64,000 nt of DNA, taken from assembly GCA_013239625.1 (NCBI GenBank), contig MU054049.1, forward strand, positions 1,987,892 to 2,051,891, read 5' to 3'. The notes beneath the pieces are model-generated. The model ran no database searches. It was given only the letters and a program-made list of their open reading frames with translations, and had not been told where the DNA came from. Origin of the DNA: Lama guanicoe (Eukaryota). The position numbers and the translations under genes are program-made. Positions 24,716-37,985 of this stretch are shown piece after piece. The first letter of the stretch is position 1; each line of letters begins with the position of its first letter.

Positions 24716-24860
24716 CATCCAGGGAAAGTCATGTCAAGCTTATATAGGAGCTGGCAACCATACATTTGGTGTTGTTAGGAAAGGTAACACGCCAAGGACA
24801 CAGTCACTGTTTACAGAGGGTTGGTTATCAACAGGAAACTATGGTTTCAGATGATTTATG
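24716..24860 (-). promoter_or_regulatory. MSMB: MSMB proximal promoter
   Basis: TATATAA at 24740-24746 (minus), forkhead TGTTTAC 24808-24814, GATA TTATCA 24825-24830, ETS CAGGAA 24832-24837. Confidence 0.85.
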
Positions 24861-25428
24861 AGTTATTCATCAATCAGATCTCCACCCCAATTATATGTTT
24901 ACCCTTGCTGTTCCCACCCTCGATACGCATTTGCCCCTGACGGGAAAGAGCAGAGGAAGAGAATTCCCCTTTCCTGAGCCTTCGCCTCATGCTAGGTGGG
25001 TGGTTGGGCGCAAAGCATGTTGTCTGGTTTGATTTCACACACAAAGAAATAGAGGCCCAGAGATGCCAGCCACATAGCCAAGTGGTGAAGCTGGGCTTCA
25101 AGGAGGCAGAAGAGTGGTCAGTCCAGTTGGCGGCCTGAGGTCTATTTTGAGAGATCAGAAGTGCCCCAAGCCACTCTCCGCGGTATGAGGACGCAGCACC
25201 CTGCAGCCAGGTTTCTCTGGACAGGCCACATGGGCTCAGACAGCCTGGACTTTCTAAAACTCTTCTTGACCCTTAAATGTTTACTCCCTGCTACTACAAG
25301 CCAGCTTTCCTTCTCTTTGTTCCACCGTGCTCTTCCAAAAAACTCTGTTTGCCCTCATCATGCCCACAATGGCCTCTCGGGAGCAGCAACAAACAGAACA
25401 TCCTGATATATTTCAGGGACTTACCATC

Positions 25429-25803
25429 TGTGTCAGTTTGCTCCGGCCGCCATAACAAAATATCTCAGACTGGGTGGCTTAAACAGCAGAAATGTATTTT
25501 CTCACAATCCTGGAGGCTAGGAGTCTGAGACCAAGTTGTCAGCAGGGTTGATTTCTTCTGCGACCTCTCTCCTGGTTTGCAGTTGATCATTTTCCCCTGT
25601 GTCTTCCTCTGTGGGCATCTGTGTCCTGGCCTCTGCTTCTTTTAAGGACACCAGTCATGTTGGATTAGGGCCCACTTGAATGACGTTATGTTATTTTAAT
25701 TACCTCTTTACAGGCCCTACCTCCAATACAGTCACATTCTGAGGCCCTGGGGCTTAGGATTCCAACATATGAATTTGAGGGGAATATAATTCAAGCCATA
25801 ACA
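25429..25803 (-). mobile_element. MaLR solo LTR (MLT1A/B-like)
   Basis: gccataacaaaatatctcagactgggtggcttaaacagcagaaatgtattttctcaca...attcaagccataaca. Confidence 0.88.
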
Positions 25804-26129
25804 CCATTTAATCCCCAAATGATCCCCCCACAGCTTGCCACAGTGCCTAAAATTTCAACCTGGGTTTTCCTCTACCCACAGAAGTTCGGGTCTCTTGACC
25901 AAATGGCTCTCAAATCTCTTCCAAGCTGACCACGGTGATCCTCTCCAGTGCCATCTGCCACCGCTCCTAAAATAAGACTTAGCACCCGGTTGGGGTAGCT
26001 CTCCTGCTCCTGTGAGGGGCTGCCTCCCCTCTCACCAGGGGGACCACACACACTTCCGCTTTCACCTGCATACGTTTAAACTGCCTGTCATTGACTCTAA
26101 GTTCCTGGAAGTTAGGGGCACAATCATCA

Positions 26130-26577
26130 TCGTTTGTGGCCTCTCGGTTTCTTTTGAAACACCAGGTTTGAAGAATCTCACACGATGTGAATCCCATCAT
26201 ACCTAAGTAGCAGCTAGGACTTGCTGTCCTGGCATCCTTGTCACAGGCTTGTGACCTCAGCTCCACAATCAGACACACTGAGCAAGACCCCCTTAAAGAC
26301 GACGCATGAAAATTGGCATCACACAGAGCCCCCCAGGAGTGAGTGCTGGTGGAAGACGCTGCAGTGTCAGTGGCATGAGGGGCAGAGGTCTTGCTGGAGC
26401 CATCAGCGGTGGGGATGGAAGTGGGGGGGCATCTATCTGGTCTTATGCAACCAAGCCTATGTCTCTGGCCTTCCACAAAGACTGTGAGCTGCCTGTCATC
26501 TTTAATAAATTCCTTTCCTGCTTGCACAGACTGAAGCAGGTTTGTCATTTGCAGCTCAGAACTCTGTGACCAAGACA
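26130..26577 (+). mobile_element. Old ERVL/MaLR-type LTR (LTR16/MLT-like)
   Basis: Typical 3' end tttaataaattcctttcctgctt...tttgtcatttgcagctcagaactctgtgaccaagaca. Confidence 0.65.
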
Positions 26578-29086
26578 GTGACCATAACTTATTCCTGTCC
26601 CTGTCCCATCTAATGACAGCACAGAACAGCCACACAGGACAGAATCACATCTGGTTTAATGCACGAATTCCAGAGCAGGAAAAGATCCTGACGTCAGACA
26701 ATGCCATAGCTAGAAAGTGCTCACTAGGTGCTGGAAGGAGGGCACTCCCTGCCTGTGCCCAGAGGAGCCTGAGCAGTGGCTTGTGATGGGGGAGGGATGT
26801 TGCGAGCAGGTGTTGGGAGTTCAGGGGGAGGAAGGAACCCCAAACGAGCACCCCTCCAGTGTGTTGCAGCCAGCTCTGTCCAAACCTGCCTGACCCATTT
26901 TCAAATGTTCACTGTTCAATCCTATTTAAACTTTCATCTTGGCCAACTGAACAGGCCTTATTTCTTCCTTCATTTATTTGTTTGTTTTAGACACACACAC
27001 ACACACAGACACACACACAGTAGGAAAAAAGAGAACATGGAGGTAAGCAAAAGAAAAAGCTCTGTGGTTGTCCTGTCCAAAGAGAGCTACTGTTAGTGTT
27101 TTTGGAGGAGTTCCTTTGAGAGCTTCTTTGGTGTTTTCATTTAGGAGAAGCAAAAATCATAAGCACTTTTTCCCAGGATGGAACATGGTACATACTATTA
27201 TATACAGATTATAGCATGCCATCCTATAATTTGCTTTTCTTATTTAGCAATGCTGTGAACATCTCTACACATCAATAAATAGAGGTCTGATGACTATCTT
27301 TTTAGCACTTTTTTATTGAGTTATAGTCATTTTACAATGTTGTTGATCACTATTTTAATTCCATAGAATGCCCGGGCTCTCATTAATTCCATCAGTCTTC
27401 TCTTGTTGGTCACTGTTGTTTCCGACTTTTTTTTAATTAGGGACACCACTATAACTCAATAAAATATATATATATCTGTGACAATGATGAGATTGGGTCA
27501 AAAATACGATATTAAGGAAACTTTGGAAAGCAGAAATATTTCACAATTTAAAAAATCATCATTGTTTAAAATGCTTAGAATACGTTCTTTTAAAACAAAC
27601 AAACAAATAAATAAATAAATTAAGGACACCAAGTTAGAAATTTTAGCCTTTAAATAAAATTTTCCCCACACTTAACGCTAATTTCCTTAGGATATACTCA
27701 TAGAAGTAGAATTTCTGGATTGGAAGTATTATTATTTCATTATCTGCTAATCTGAAAGGTAAGAAAAGTTACTTCATTTTAATTTATTTTTCTCTGGATG
27801 ATTGGCAAGACTAGACATTGTTGGTGTGTTCATTGGCCAGCTGTATTTCCTCTTTTGTGAACATCCTGTTCACCTGTGAAAATGAACTTGTAAAAATAGG
27901 TTGAACTATTTTTCTATTTTGCTGGTGATTATATTTTTCTTCTGGATGAGTGAATAAGCTCTTAATATATAACAGATATTAATCTTCAATGGTCACATAT
28001 GTTGCAAATATTTTCCTCACTTTTTCATACTCAGAACACTGACTCTGGAGATTAAATTAGGAATAAGGAGTTTTCCTCATTTCCATTTTTACCTTTAAAG
28101 TGATATATTTTTACATAAGGAGATTTTAAACTTTTACTTAGGTCTAGCAAATATTTATTATATGGTTCTTGCCTTAATTTATCTATGGTTAATAGCTAGA
28201 AAGTTCTCAAGAACTCTTTTTGGGGTGCACCACATTTCAGAACATTTTACTTTTAAATAGGTAGGGCATGTATATGATAAAAATATATTTTTTAAAGCCT
28301 CTCTTCCACCTGCCTCCCAGACTCTCAGTTCCTCTTGCCAGAACTCCTAGCAATTACTGATTCCTTAATGGTCTATACAAATACGTGTGCACGCACATGC
28401 TTCCTGGAACACAATTCACAGCATGTTGCACACACTATTCTGCATTTTACTGCTGTCTCTTAGCGCTCTATTCTTAATATCTGCCTAATAGCTATATAGG
28501 ATATACAGATATTATAGGATAACTAGTTTCTTACCAATGAGATGACTCTTTAAGTTCCTTCCAAGTTTTGCTCTTACTAACCATGTGGCTACAAATACAT
28601 GTTCACATGTCTTTGAGTCCCATTCCCATTAGAAAAAAACCCCAAAAAACCTTTTTATCTTGAAATAATTTGACTCACAAGAAGTTGCAAAAATAGTACA
28701 GGGAGTTCCTGTGTATTATCAGCCAGCTTCTTCCAATGATAACATCTTAAATAAGCATAGGACATTTTCCAACCAAAGAAACTGACACTGATACAAAGGT
28801 ACAATACTATAACTAAACCATGGAGTCCATTCTTATCTTAGTTTTTATATGTACTTTCTGGTGTGTCCAGTTCCCATTTAAGACCATTCCACTTTGCTTT
28901 CTGGGCCTTTTCTGCACAAGTTACTTTCAAAGCAGGGCTGGGTAAGTGGAGGCACCCCCACACCAGTGACATCTCACACTGGCTTTGGCACCTGACCAAA
29001 GTAACACTGAGCATTGCCTAATCTCTTCAGAATTGACAACCTCCATCATATAAAAGTCGTCAATACATTTTCTATTTATTTCTCTC

Positions 29087-29092
<6 letters not shown>

Positions 29093-29117
<25 letters not shown>
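29093..29117. repeat. (TG)n microsatellite
   Basis: Directly visible. Confidence 0.9.
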
Positions 29118-29559
29118 TTCTGGTGTAGCATGAAAAGTCTAGGATTCATACTACTTCTAAAATATTTTACAAATTTGTTCCCTCCTTTTCCCCGTAAAGT
29201 CCTATAAATGAATATAAGAGATGGGCCCAAGAGGAAAAAGATTTCAGCTAAGCCAACGACTCCTTGGCCGCCTGGGTGTGTGATTTTGGGCAACATACGT
29301 GGCAGGACTGGCACAAGTTTCTGAGTGCTGGAAGGTAAGCATCCCTTAGGGAGGCTAAGGATCGTGGGCTCTGCAGGCAGACAGACAAGGGCCTGAGTCC
29401 TGATTGCAAAATATGTACCGTGTGATCTTGGGCAAGTTACTTAACCTCCATGTGTCTACTCTTCATCTAAAATGGGGATCATAATAGCACCTACTCTGTG
29501 GAGTCATCCTGAAAATTAAATGGCATTAAAAGTACTAAAAGTAAAGTCAGGTCAGGTCT

Positions 29560-30045
29560 TTCCTTCCAGAAGATTCTCATGTCGCCAAGAGTCCAGACTG
29601 AAGTCCTTCAGGGCCCATCAGCTCCTCCATGACCCTTGTCCCCCTCACTCCTCTGGCTTTATCTTCCCTACAGGCCACTCACATGCTCCATCCCTGCCTC
29701 CCTCGCCCTCCTTGCTGACCTCCAGACACCATCAGATCTTTACCCACATGTCGCCCTCTTGGGAGGTCCTTCCCTGAACGAGGCTACAGAACATCTCACC
29801 CACAGGCCTGTCCTCACTCTCCCCGTCCCCGCCCTCCCCGCTTTATTTCTCTGCGAGGCACTAACCATCTCTCCTCCTAAGACACAGTTACCTGCTTAGT
29901 CGTTGTCTGCCTCCCCTCAACTAGGATATCAGCTCCTTCAGGGCTGGCACTTTCACTCTTTTGTTCGTGGCTTCTTACCCCCAGCACTCTGAATAGTGCC
30001 CGGAACAGAGTGGAGTCTCACCCAGTATGTAGTCAGTGAATGGAT
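29560..30045 (+). mobile_element. L2 LINE 3' fragment
   Basis: L2 text ttgtctgcctcccctcaactaggatatcagctcc...cccagcactctgaatagtgcccgg. Confidence 0.7.
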
Positions 30046-31375
30046 AACCAAGAAGTGCTTGCACAGTTCCTGCCACCCAGCATGTGTTCTATAAACGAAG
30101 CCTTAGCTGTTGTATAAACTGAGAACAGTGGGAACAGCCACCAGGCCTGCAGTGAGATTTAAACTAAACCAAGTAGGTGGAAGGCGTTGTAGAAACCATA
30201 AAGTGCTCTGCAAATGGGAGTAAGAGTTATTATTGTAGGGCTGTTTGTTGATAAGCTTTTTACCCTTAGAGACTTTGTTCATTGTTTGGACCAATCCTTG
30301 AGTCTCAACAGAGCTCATAGCCTGTCACAAAATAGCCACACACAGATTAGTTTGTCCCCGACAGGGTGCAAAGCTTCTATTCTATGTTCTGCCTGACCAG
30401 CTTGCTGTTATGTATACTTCTTGAGGGGCACGCTCACTCTCCGCCTTGCCCCAGGTGTCTGTGTATTCTGTGCCAGCCTCTTCTTCCACTTAAGTCACTA
30501 CTGGCCTCTGGGGGCATTGGTGATGCCATCCCAGGCTCCAACTATCCAGAGAGAAAATAGTTCATTACTCTCCCTTGAAATGGACTTTCAAGGCAAGGAG
30601 TGTTGTGCCAGAGTATTTAATATTGTTGTAGTTTTAAAGAACAGTGTGAAGACGCTCCCTGGGGAAGCCGGCTTGCTCAGCAGACGGGTCTTTATGAGAA
30701 GTAGCATCCTGGTGGGTTGCAGTGTTCTAGGCTGTGATGCTCAGCAGAAAAATCTGGGTTTATGGACAAAACCACTGCTCGTTCCGATCTGCAAACCCAC
30801 AGGGTTGCACCAATCTCCTGAGAAGCCCAAATACGAATGTTAACCTTACAAGGTCCCTTTATCACACTGGGCAGCATGGAAGGGAAAAGGAACTACGTGT
30901 GTGGGGAGGCTGCCCTGTGGCTGCACTCCTGTAACCCCGTCAGAGGGGGCTCCCTGTGAGGTCTTTGAGTTTTCCTACTCTGCAGATGAGACGGAAGACC
31001 CTCTACCCCACGGCTCATACACTGGAGAACCTGGATTGGAAGTCAGATCTGCTGGCTCCCAACCTTCACTCCCTCCTGTGTCTTGCCACATCTGTCCACC
31101 AGTCTCTTCCTGGCTGGAGAGCTGGGTGCGTACAGAATCAGAGCAAGGAGATTTAGCATAGAGGCTAAGACAGAAGCAGGTTCCAAACCAAAAACTGTCC
31201 CCAAATAGCTATGTCACCTTGGGCAAATTTCTTAACGTCTCTGGCCCTTATTTTTCTCATTGATTAAATAGGGATGATTTAGCATAATACCTTCAAAGGA
31301 TTGGCCTGAAAAATGAGCGAGAAATGTGTCTAAAGCATTCAACCTAGTGCCAGATAAAGGGTGATGTCATCCTTT

Positions 31376-32503
31376 CTCTATTAAGGAAGTATAGTTGATA
31401 CACAATATGATGTTAGTTTCAGGTGTACAGCGTAGCAATACAACAATTAAATACATTACAAAATCATCGCCACAATAAATCTACTAACCATCTGTCTCCA
31501 CACAGTTATGACAGTTTTATTGACCATATTCCCTATGCTGTATATTACATCACCTGATTTATTTACTTTATAACTGGAAGTTTGAACTTCTTAATCCCTC
31601 TCACCTATTTCACCCAAGCCCCTATTCCCTCCCCTCTGGTGACCACCAGTCTCTTCTCTGTATCTATGAATCTGGTTTCCTTTCTCTTTGTTCATTTGTT
31701 TTGCTTTCTAGATTCCACATATAAGTGATATCATACAGTATTTGTCTTTCTCTGTCTGACTTATTTCACTTAGCATAATTCCCTCTAGATCCATCCACGT
31801 TGTCTCAAATGGCAAGATTTCATTCTTTTTATGGCTGATTAATATTCCATTGTATGTACATCTACCTCATTTCTTTATCCATTCATCTATCGATGGACAC
31901 AGGTTGCTTCCATATCTTGGCGATTGTAAGTAATGCTGCAATGAACATTAGGGTGCATATATCTTTTCAAGTTCGTGTTCCCATTGTCTTCAGGTAAATA
32001 TTCAGAAGTGGAATTGCTGGATCATGTGGTAGTTCTATTTTTAATTTTTGAGGAAACTCTACAGTGTTTTCCATAGTGGTTGCACCAATTTACATTCCCA
32101 CCAACAGTGCACGAAGGTTGCCTTTTCTCCACATCCTCGCCAGTGCACTTCTATTTGTTGTCTTTTTGGCGATGGCCATTTGGGCAGGTGTGAGGTGATA
32201 TCTCATTGTCGTTTTGCTTTGCATTTCCCTAATGACTAGTTGAGCACTCTCTCATGTGTCTGTTGGCTACCTGAATGTCTTCTTTGGAAGCTTTTGCATA
32301 GCAAAGGAAACCATCAACAAACCAAAAAGGCAACCTACTGAATGGGAGAAGATATTTGCAAATGATACATCCTATAAGGGTTAATGGCCAAAATATATAC
32401 AGATCTCAAACAACGTAATAAGAACAAAAATCTGATTTAAAAATGGGCAGAGGGCCTAAACAGACATTATTTCAAAGAAGACTTGCAGATGGCCAACAGG
32501 CAA
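31376..32503 (-). mobile_element. L1 insertion with 5' inversion (minus 31376-32289, plus 32290-32503)
   Basis: L1 3'UTR/ORF2 end on the minus strand, then a flip to the immediately upstream L1 sequence on the plus strand; imperfect TSD gtcatc(c/a)ttt. Confidence 0.8.
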
Positions 32504-33578
32504 GTCATCATTTTTAATAATGGCCAGGGCCACCAAGCTATAGAAGTTTGCTGCATCCTCTCCCCTGGGAGTCTGGTGGCCAAAGTCTCCTCTAACCTGG
32601 AAAGTGTTAGCAATGCCTTGCTCGGTTCTGTCTCTGTGATGCCCCATCTGCCTTCAAACTGGGCACAGTTCCATGAGCCACAAGCAGGAATCCACATGTC
32701 ACAGGAAACTCACCTTTCCTGTTGTGATCTGCAGCTGGTGATTCTGGAGAAGACAGAAGGTAGATGCAGCTCTCTTCCATGGACTAGTACTCTCTGTACA
32801 CATAGGTGTTTACTTGCTAATTTCTTCAGAGGCAGCATCAATTGTACATTTTACCTGCTGTCTTGTGAAATACTGTTGTATCTTCTGGGTAAACATCTTT
32901 TCTGATGATCCCCCAACGTTACTTCCCTGTAGTTTATTCCTCTTCCGTAATTTCATAGATGGGCGTTGGAAAAAAGAAGGGTCTTTCTTCTTTTGGGTAA
33001 AGTATTGGCACATGCAGGAGTCTTGATGCATGTGTTTGATGAATATTCGCTGAGTACCTGCTTAATGTCTTCTGATTGTACAGCAAGTCTTTAAAATCCT
33101 AATCTAGGATTATCTTATTTTCAGAAATACAACTTTCCTTAACCCAGGGGGATTCAGGTTTGCTAAATTGGTAGATGGCTGGTCTTTTAATTAAATTAAC
33201 ATAGATTCCTGCCTCCAACAGAAGAAAGATGCTGCAGGGAAAAAAAAACATTGCTGGCTCTACACATATCCATCGTTTCTGCCAAGTCGATTTTACGAGT
33301 AAGCCTTTAGAACATTTCATTGTAACAAATCGTATTACATTGGTTAAACAGCAACTGCTGTAATCTGTAGCATCTATGATGAGAGAAGGACCCTCCAAGG
33401 ACTGTGTGCTCTGACTTTACAGACAAGGACTGAGATTGGGGGAATCAAGTGACTAGTCAATAAATTGTAGAGTTCCACACATTGTCAGAGGAAAATGACT
33501 CTAGTCTCGGGGGTGGGGCAGACGACAGATGTAGAATGAAAGTGAATCACCTCGGGTCCATCTGAAGTATAGGAATGA

Positions 33579-33705
33579 GGGGGCAGGGTACAGCTCAGTG
33601 GTAGAGTGTATACCTAGCATGCATGAGGTCTTGGGTTCAATCCCCAGTACCTCCATCAAAAATAAATAAACCTAATTACCTTTCCCATTAAAAAAAAAAG
33701 GAAAT
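33579..33705 (+). mobile_element. Camelid tRNA-derived SINE
   Basis: ggggcagggtacagctcagtggtagag...ggttcaatccccagtacctcca-aaataaataaacctaattacc-A tail. Confidence 0.92.
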
Positions 33706-36700
33706 AATAGGGCCAGCCTGCTTACCTCCCAGGGTGATTGTGAAGTCTCAAAAAATTGACAGGTGGCATGGAGTAAATATAAAATGCTCTGTAAACTAGG
33801 CTTTTCTTGCTACAGTCATAGCAAAGAATGTTCAGGAGTTCCTGGTGGACAACTGTGGGTCTAGTTTCTTTTTAATATCTTGGGCTGAACCCTCTTTGAA
33901 ATGAGAAACACTGCTTTCCAAGCAGTTCAGTCCTGCTGACCCTCGGTTGATCAGCTGGTGATGGGAGAGAAAATGCCGCCCTCTATCACTACGTAAAACC
34001 TACTAAGCTGTTTTAAGTCGGCCTTTGGAAACGAAGCTTTGGTAGGGAGTCTTCATAATAGACATTGTTCCTGTAGATGATTTCTCATGGAGCCCAAAGA
34101 GCCAGACAAGAACAGTCAAGGCACATTTCCCACTGGGCTTCAGCCACATTCTTGTATCTTCGAAGTTGCCGGAAATTGGGACTACTGTGGTCAAGGCATT
34201 ACCCAACCTGACTGCAGTCTGCATACAAAGGAGGGTGGGCTCCAGTGGGATGTCAGCCCATTCCATGGCACTCACCCTGTCCCCATCTGGGGATCACCCT
34301 TCCAAGTCCCCAGCCCCAGCTCTGACCCACTGGGCTGCTCAGTGTTGGCTCAGGCTGTTGCGCGGGCAGTGGTGCCCAGGGTCAGGGCGGCTGCCACTCA
34401 CCAGTCTTCAAGCTGATGACGTCTCTCCCATCTGTCACCCTCCAATCCGTCTCCAGAGCCTTTCCAAATTGTGATCATTGCTCTTAAACCTCCCACCCCA
34501 CCTATTCCTCCTTCATACCCAGAAGATAACCTCATTTCTTATCTCACAGATAACAGAGGTGAGAACTGCCCCACCTGCCCCTACACCCTGAACTTCACCT
34601 TCTCCTATTCCCTCATCTTTCCCTCCGGTCTGTTTTCTGTACCAGACTTGCCATCTGTATTCCATTTACCACCCCCACTCCCCGCACCTTCCCAGGGACT
34701 TTCTCTGCCTCCTGGTGACAAATGGGCTTCAAGGGGCAGATAGAAAAGTATCCAGCACTTGGGAATTGAACTCGCAACCAGGGAAAGCAAATCCTCACCA
34801 AAAAGCCATTCTCCCCGGAGGGCCACACAACCCCGTCAGCTTTTCGCTTTAGAGTCTGATACCCCATAGCAGGACCAGTTTAGTTTCTGCGTTAGTCAGG
34901 ATATTGTCTGCTGTGTCAGAAAAATGAATTCCAATGAACACAGACAATGTTCTGGGTTCAAGTGTTCGGTCCAGAGGTGAACTGGCTTCTGGATTTAGAG
35001 GCTCAGGCTATGTCTGGCCTTGTGATAGAGTTTTCAATCTCCAGAAGCCCGAAAGATGGAGGCCAATGAGAGTCCATGTATTAATTTATGCAAAATGAAT
35101 ATTTCCACTTATTTCAACACAAGAAGGCCAATTCACTCCCATATGCCAAAAGATGCAGCAGAGGGTCTTTTATAATATCAGTGATGCTACAGGGTGAACC
35201 TCTAATCCTGGGCAAGGGTGGCAGTTGGCCAGAGATTCTGTAGTTCTAAGGGAGACACATAGGGATGGTCTGAAGTCACCAGGTGCCAGGTGCAACCAGA
35301 TGAGGGTTTCCTGGGCCATCCAGAGACACTGTAAATGCCATGAGCCACATCTACCTCTGGGTTGGTGTTGAAGCTGGCAAGCCAGGGACCACGAAGACTG
35401 CTGGTGAATAATCTTTATTTTTTCCCTGTAAGGCAATTGGAATGCTTATCTAGAGACATGTGAAAACCACAGATATAACACTGAAACAAAGAGATGGAGC
35501 TAGAGCAAACACATCTGGGATTGTCCACTGAGAACCCGAGAAACAAAACCAGGTTTTGTTCCAGAGAAAAGCGAGACCCAGGCATCACCAAGGAGGCTCA
35601 GAAATCTCATTTGTCAAGTGGATTAAAGGCTATTTGGTCAAGGATCGTGTGTTTACAGCTTAGAGCAACTGTGCAAAGAACCCAGGAACCACTACCTCCC
35701 TGACCTTGATGGGGGCTGTCCAAAGATTGTACCCTTTGTGAAGGGGACACCTGCGTTTTGAAGATAAGGCGACGACAATAAGGCTTTGTGGACAGATTGT
35801 TCGTTCCTTCTTTCTGAGGTGGTATTCAAACCACTGAGCAACCAGCATGACTCCATCGCTGACTACCAGTACAGTTGCCAGCCCTTTGTTCAGGGGACCC
35901 TGCTGTGCCAGGTGTTAGCTCTTCTGTTTCTGTGTTTGGTGGGGTGTAGAGGGGCCGGGATACTCAGCATGGTGAGTGGAGGCACTCAGGGGTCTCAGGG
36001 CAGTGGCCATTGATTCGCTACTCCACCTGGACTGATGACCACCAGTATCACCAGCCCTGATTCTCTCTCATCCTAGAACATCTGCAAAATAAATGTGGCC
36101 CCCAGAATCAGAGAGAAGAAAGTCAGCCAGCAGCCTTCACAGTCTGGCTACGAGCAGTGCCTTCTAGAACCACCTGAGAATTGAGGGCTAAGAGGTAGGA
36201 ATAGAGCTGAGCCAGCCCATCAGGCCTCTTATAACTTCTTATGTGCAGGTGGTGAGGCAGAATTTGGACCCAAGCCTGCTGCCTCAAAGCCTGTGCTCTT
36301 TTTACAGCCAGATGTTTCACCCCTCCCACACCTGCCTGAAGGGCCTGCAGCAGCTGGATTCAAGCAAAAAGAATGAGGCCCCAGAGAGTCAGAATACCAG
36401 GCGAGTCCACCGCCTTCCTTCTTTCCCTTTCTTCTCTCCTGGCAATATCTTTGAGCCTCCTGGCATCAGGAAATTCCAATAGATGCTAACCAGTCTAATA
36501 ATTTAAGACAGGGTTAACAGCGCACATGTTTTTATTTTGATTTTTTCAAACCACCATTCCTTATAGGCGTTCACTAGGAAAATAAGTGCCTCTCAGACTT
36601 GGTTACTAGTCTTTGCCATGGAGGCAAAGGAGAAAAGGCGCATAGAGCTAATTCAGCAGGAGACCTTGGGCAAGCTGCCCCCCTCCTCAGGTCTCACATT

Positions 36701-36911
36701 CCTCTTTGGGATGGAGGGAGCCAGCCCTCTCTAGGGGCGGCAAGCTCGAATACGTCAGGGGCAAGTCAGGCAGCATAATCCAGTGAAGTGGGTGTTGTGT
36801 TTAGATACTAAACACCAGGTAAGCAGAACCTTCACTTCCCTGAGTAAATTTGCTTTTCCTCATTTCTCATGTAATGCCTTATCACGTCCAGTCTGTTTTG
36901 CTTTATTTCAG

Positions 36912-37075
36912 TTTTTTTTAATTCTTATTTTTTATCTAAGTGTAGTTGATTTTCAGTGTTAGTTTCAGGTGTATAGCAAAGGAATTCACTTATACATACA
37001 CATACATATACATATACATATATACATATATATTTTTTCAGTGTCTTTTCCATTACGGCTGATTACAAGAAGTGT
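36912..37075 (-). mobile_element. L1 3' end fragment
   Basis: aagtgtagttgattttcagtgttagtttcaggtgtatagcaaag, preceded by a T tail. Confidence 0.8.
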
Positions 37076-37265
37076 ATGAACAATTTTTAAATTGCCATAT
37101 ATTTAAGGCTGAAATTCTTCTTTTTTTTTTGCCTTTTTTAAAAACATCTTTATTGTGATATGGTTCCAGTAAACTATACATATTTCAGATGTACAATTTG
37201 TTGAATTTTGATAAACGTATACACCAATGAAACCACTACCACATCAAGATAGCCAACATTTCCAT

Positions 37266-37985
37266 CAAAACAGATATCTCTCCAAAGAAGACATACAGAT
37301 GACCAACAAGCACATGAAAAGATGCTCAACATCACTAATTGTTAGAAAAAAACAAATCATAATGACAATGAAATAGCACCTCACACCAATCAGAATGGCC
37401 ATCAGTAAAAAGTCTACAAACGACAAATGCTGGAGAGGATGTAGAGAAAAAGGAACCCTTCTACACTATCAGTGAGAATGTAAATTGGTGCAGCCATTGT
37501 GGAGGACCATGTAGCGGTTCCTTAAAGAACTGAAAATAGACTTACCATATGATCTAGCAATCCCACCCCTGGGCATATATCTGGAGAAAAATATAATTTG
37601 AACAGACACATGCACCCCAGTGTTCACAGCAGCACTATTTACAATAGCCAAGACATGGAAACAACCTAAATGTCCACTGACAGATGACTGGATAAAGAAG
37701 ATGTGATATATATATATATACAATGGAATGCCACTCAGCCATAAAAAAGAATTAAATAATGCCATTTGCAGCAACATGGATGGACATGGGGATTGTCATT
37801 CTAAGTGGAGTAAGTCAGAAAGAGAAAGAAAAATGTCATATTATATCACTTACATGTGGAATCTAAAAAAAAAAGGACACAAATGAACTTAACTACAAAA
37901 CAGAAACAGACTCACAGACACAGAGAACAAACTTATGGTTACCAAGGGTAAAGGGGGTGGGAAGGGATAAATTGGGAATTTGAAA
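37266..37985 (+). mobile_element. L1 ORF2 end/3'UTR fragment
   Basis: tccaaagaagacatacagatgaccaacaagcacatgaaaagatgctcaac...gggataaattgggaatttg. Confidence 0.92.

Noticed and set aside
25979..26635. 218-aa minus-strand ORF
   Set aside because: Overlaps an old LTR, has a non-ATG start and no recognisable domain.
30692..30820. Possible degenerate MSMB-paralogue or USM-like exon (ctcag|GAGATTGGTGCAACCCTGTGGGT...)
   Set aside because: Only a short PVG-like match; the cysteine pattern is absent and no matching exons 2 or 3 were found upstream. A tBLASTn search with MSMB/USM proteins would settle it.
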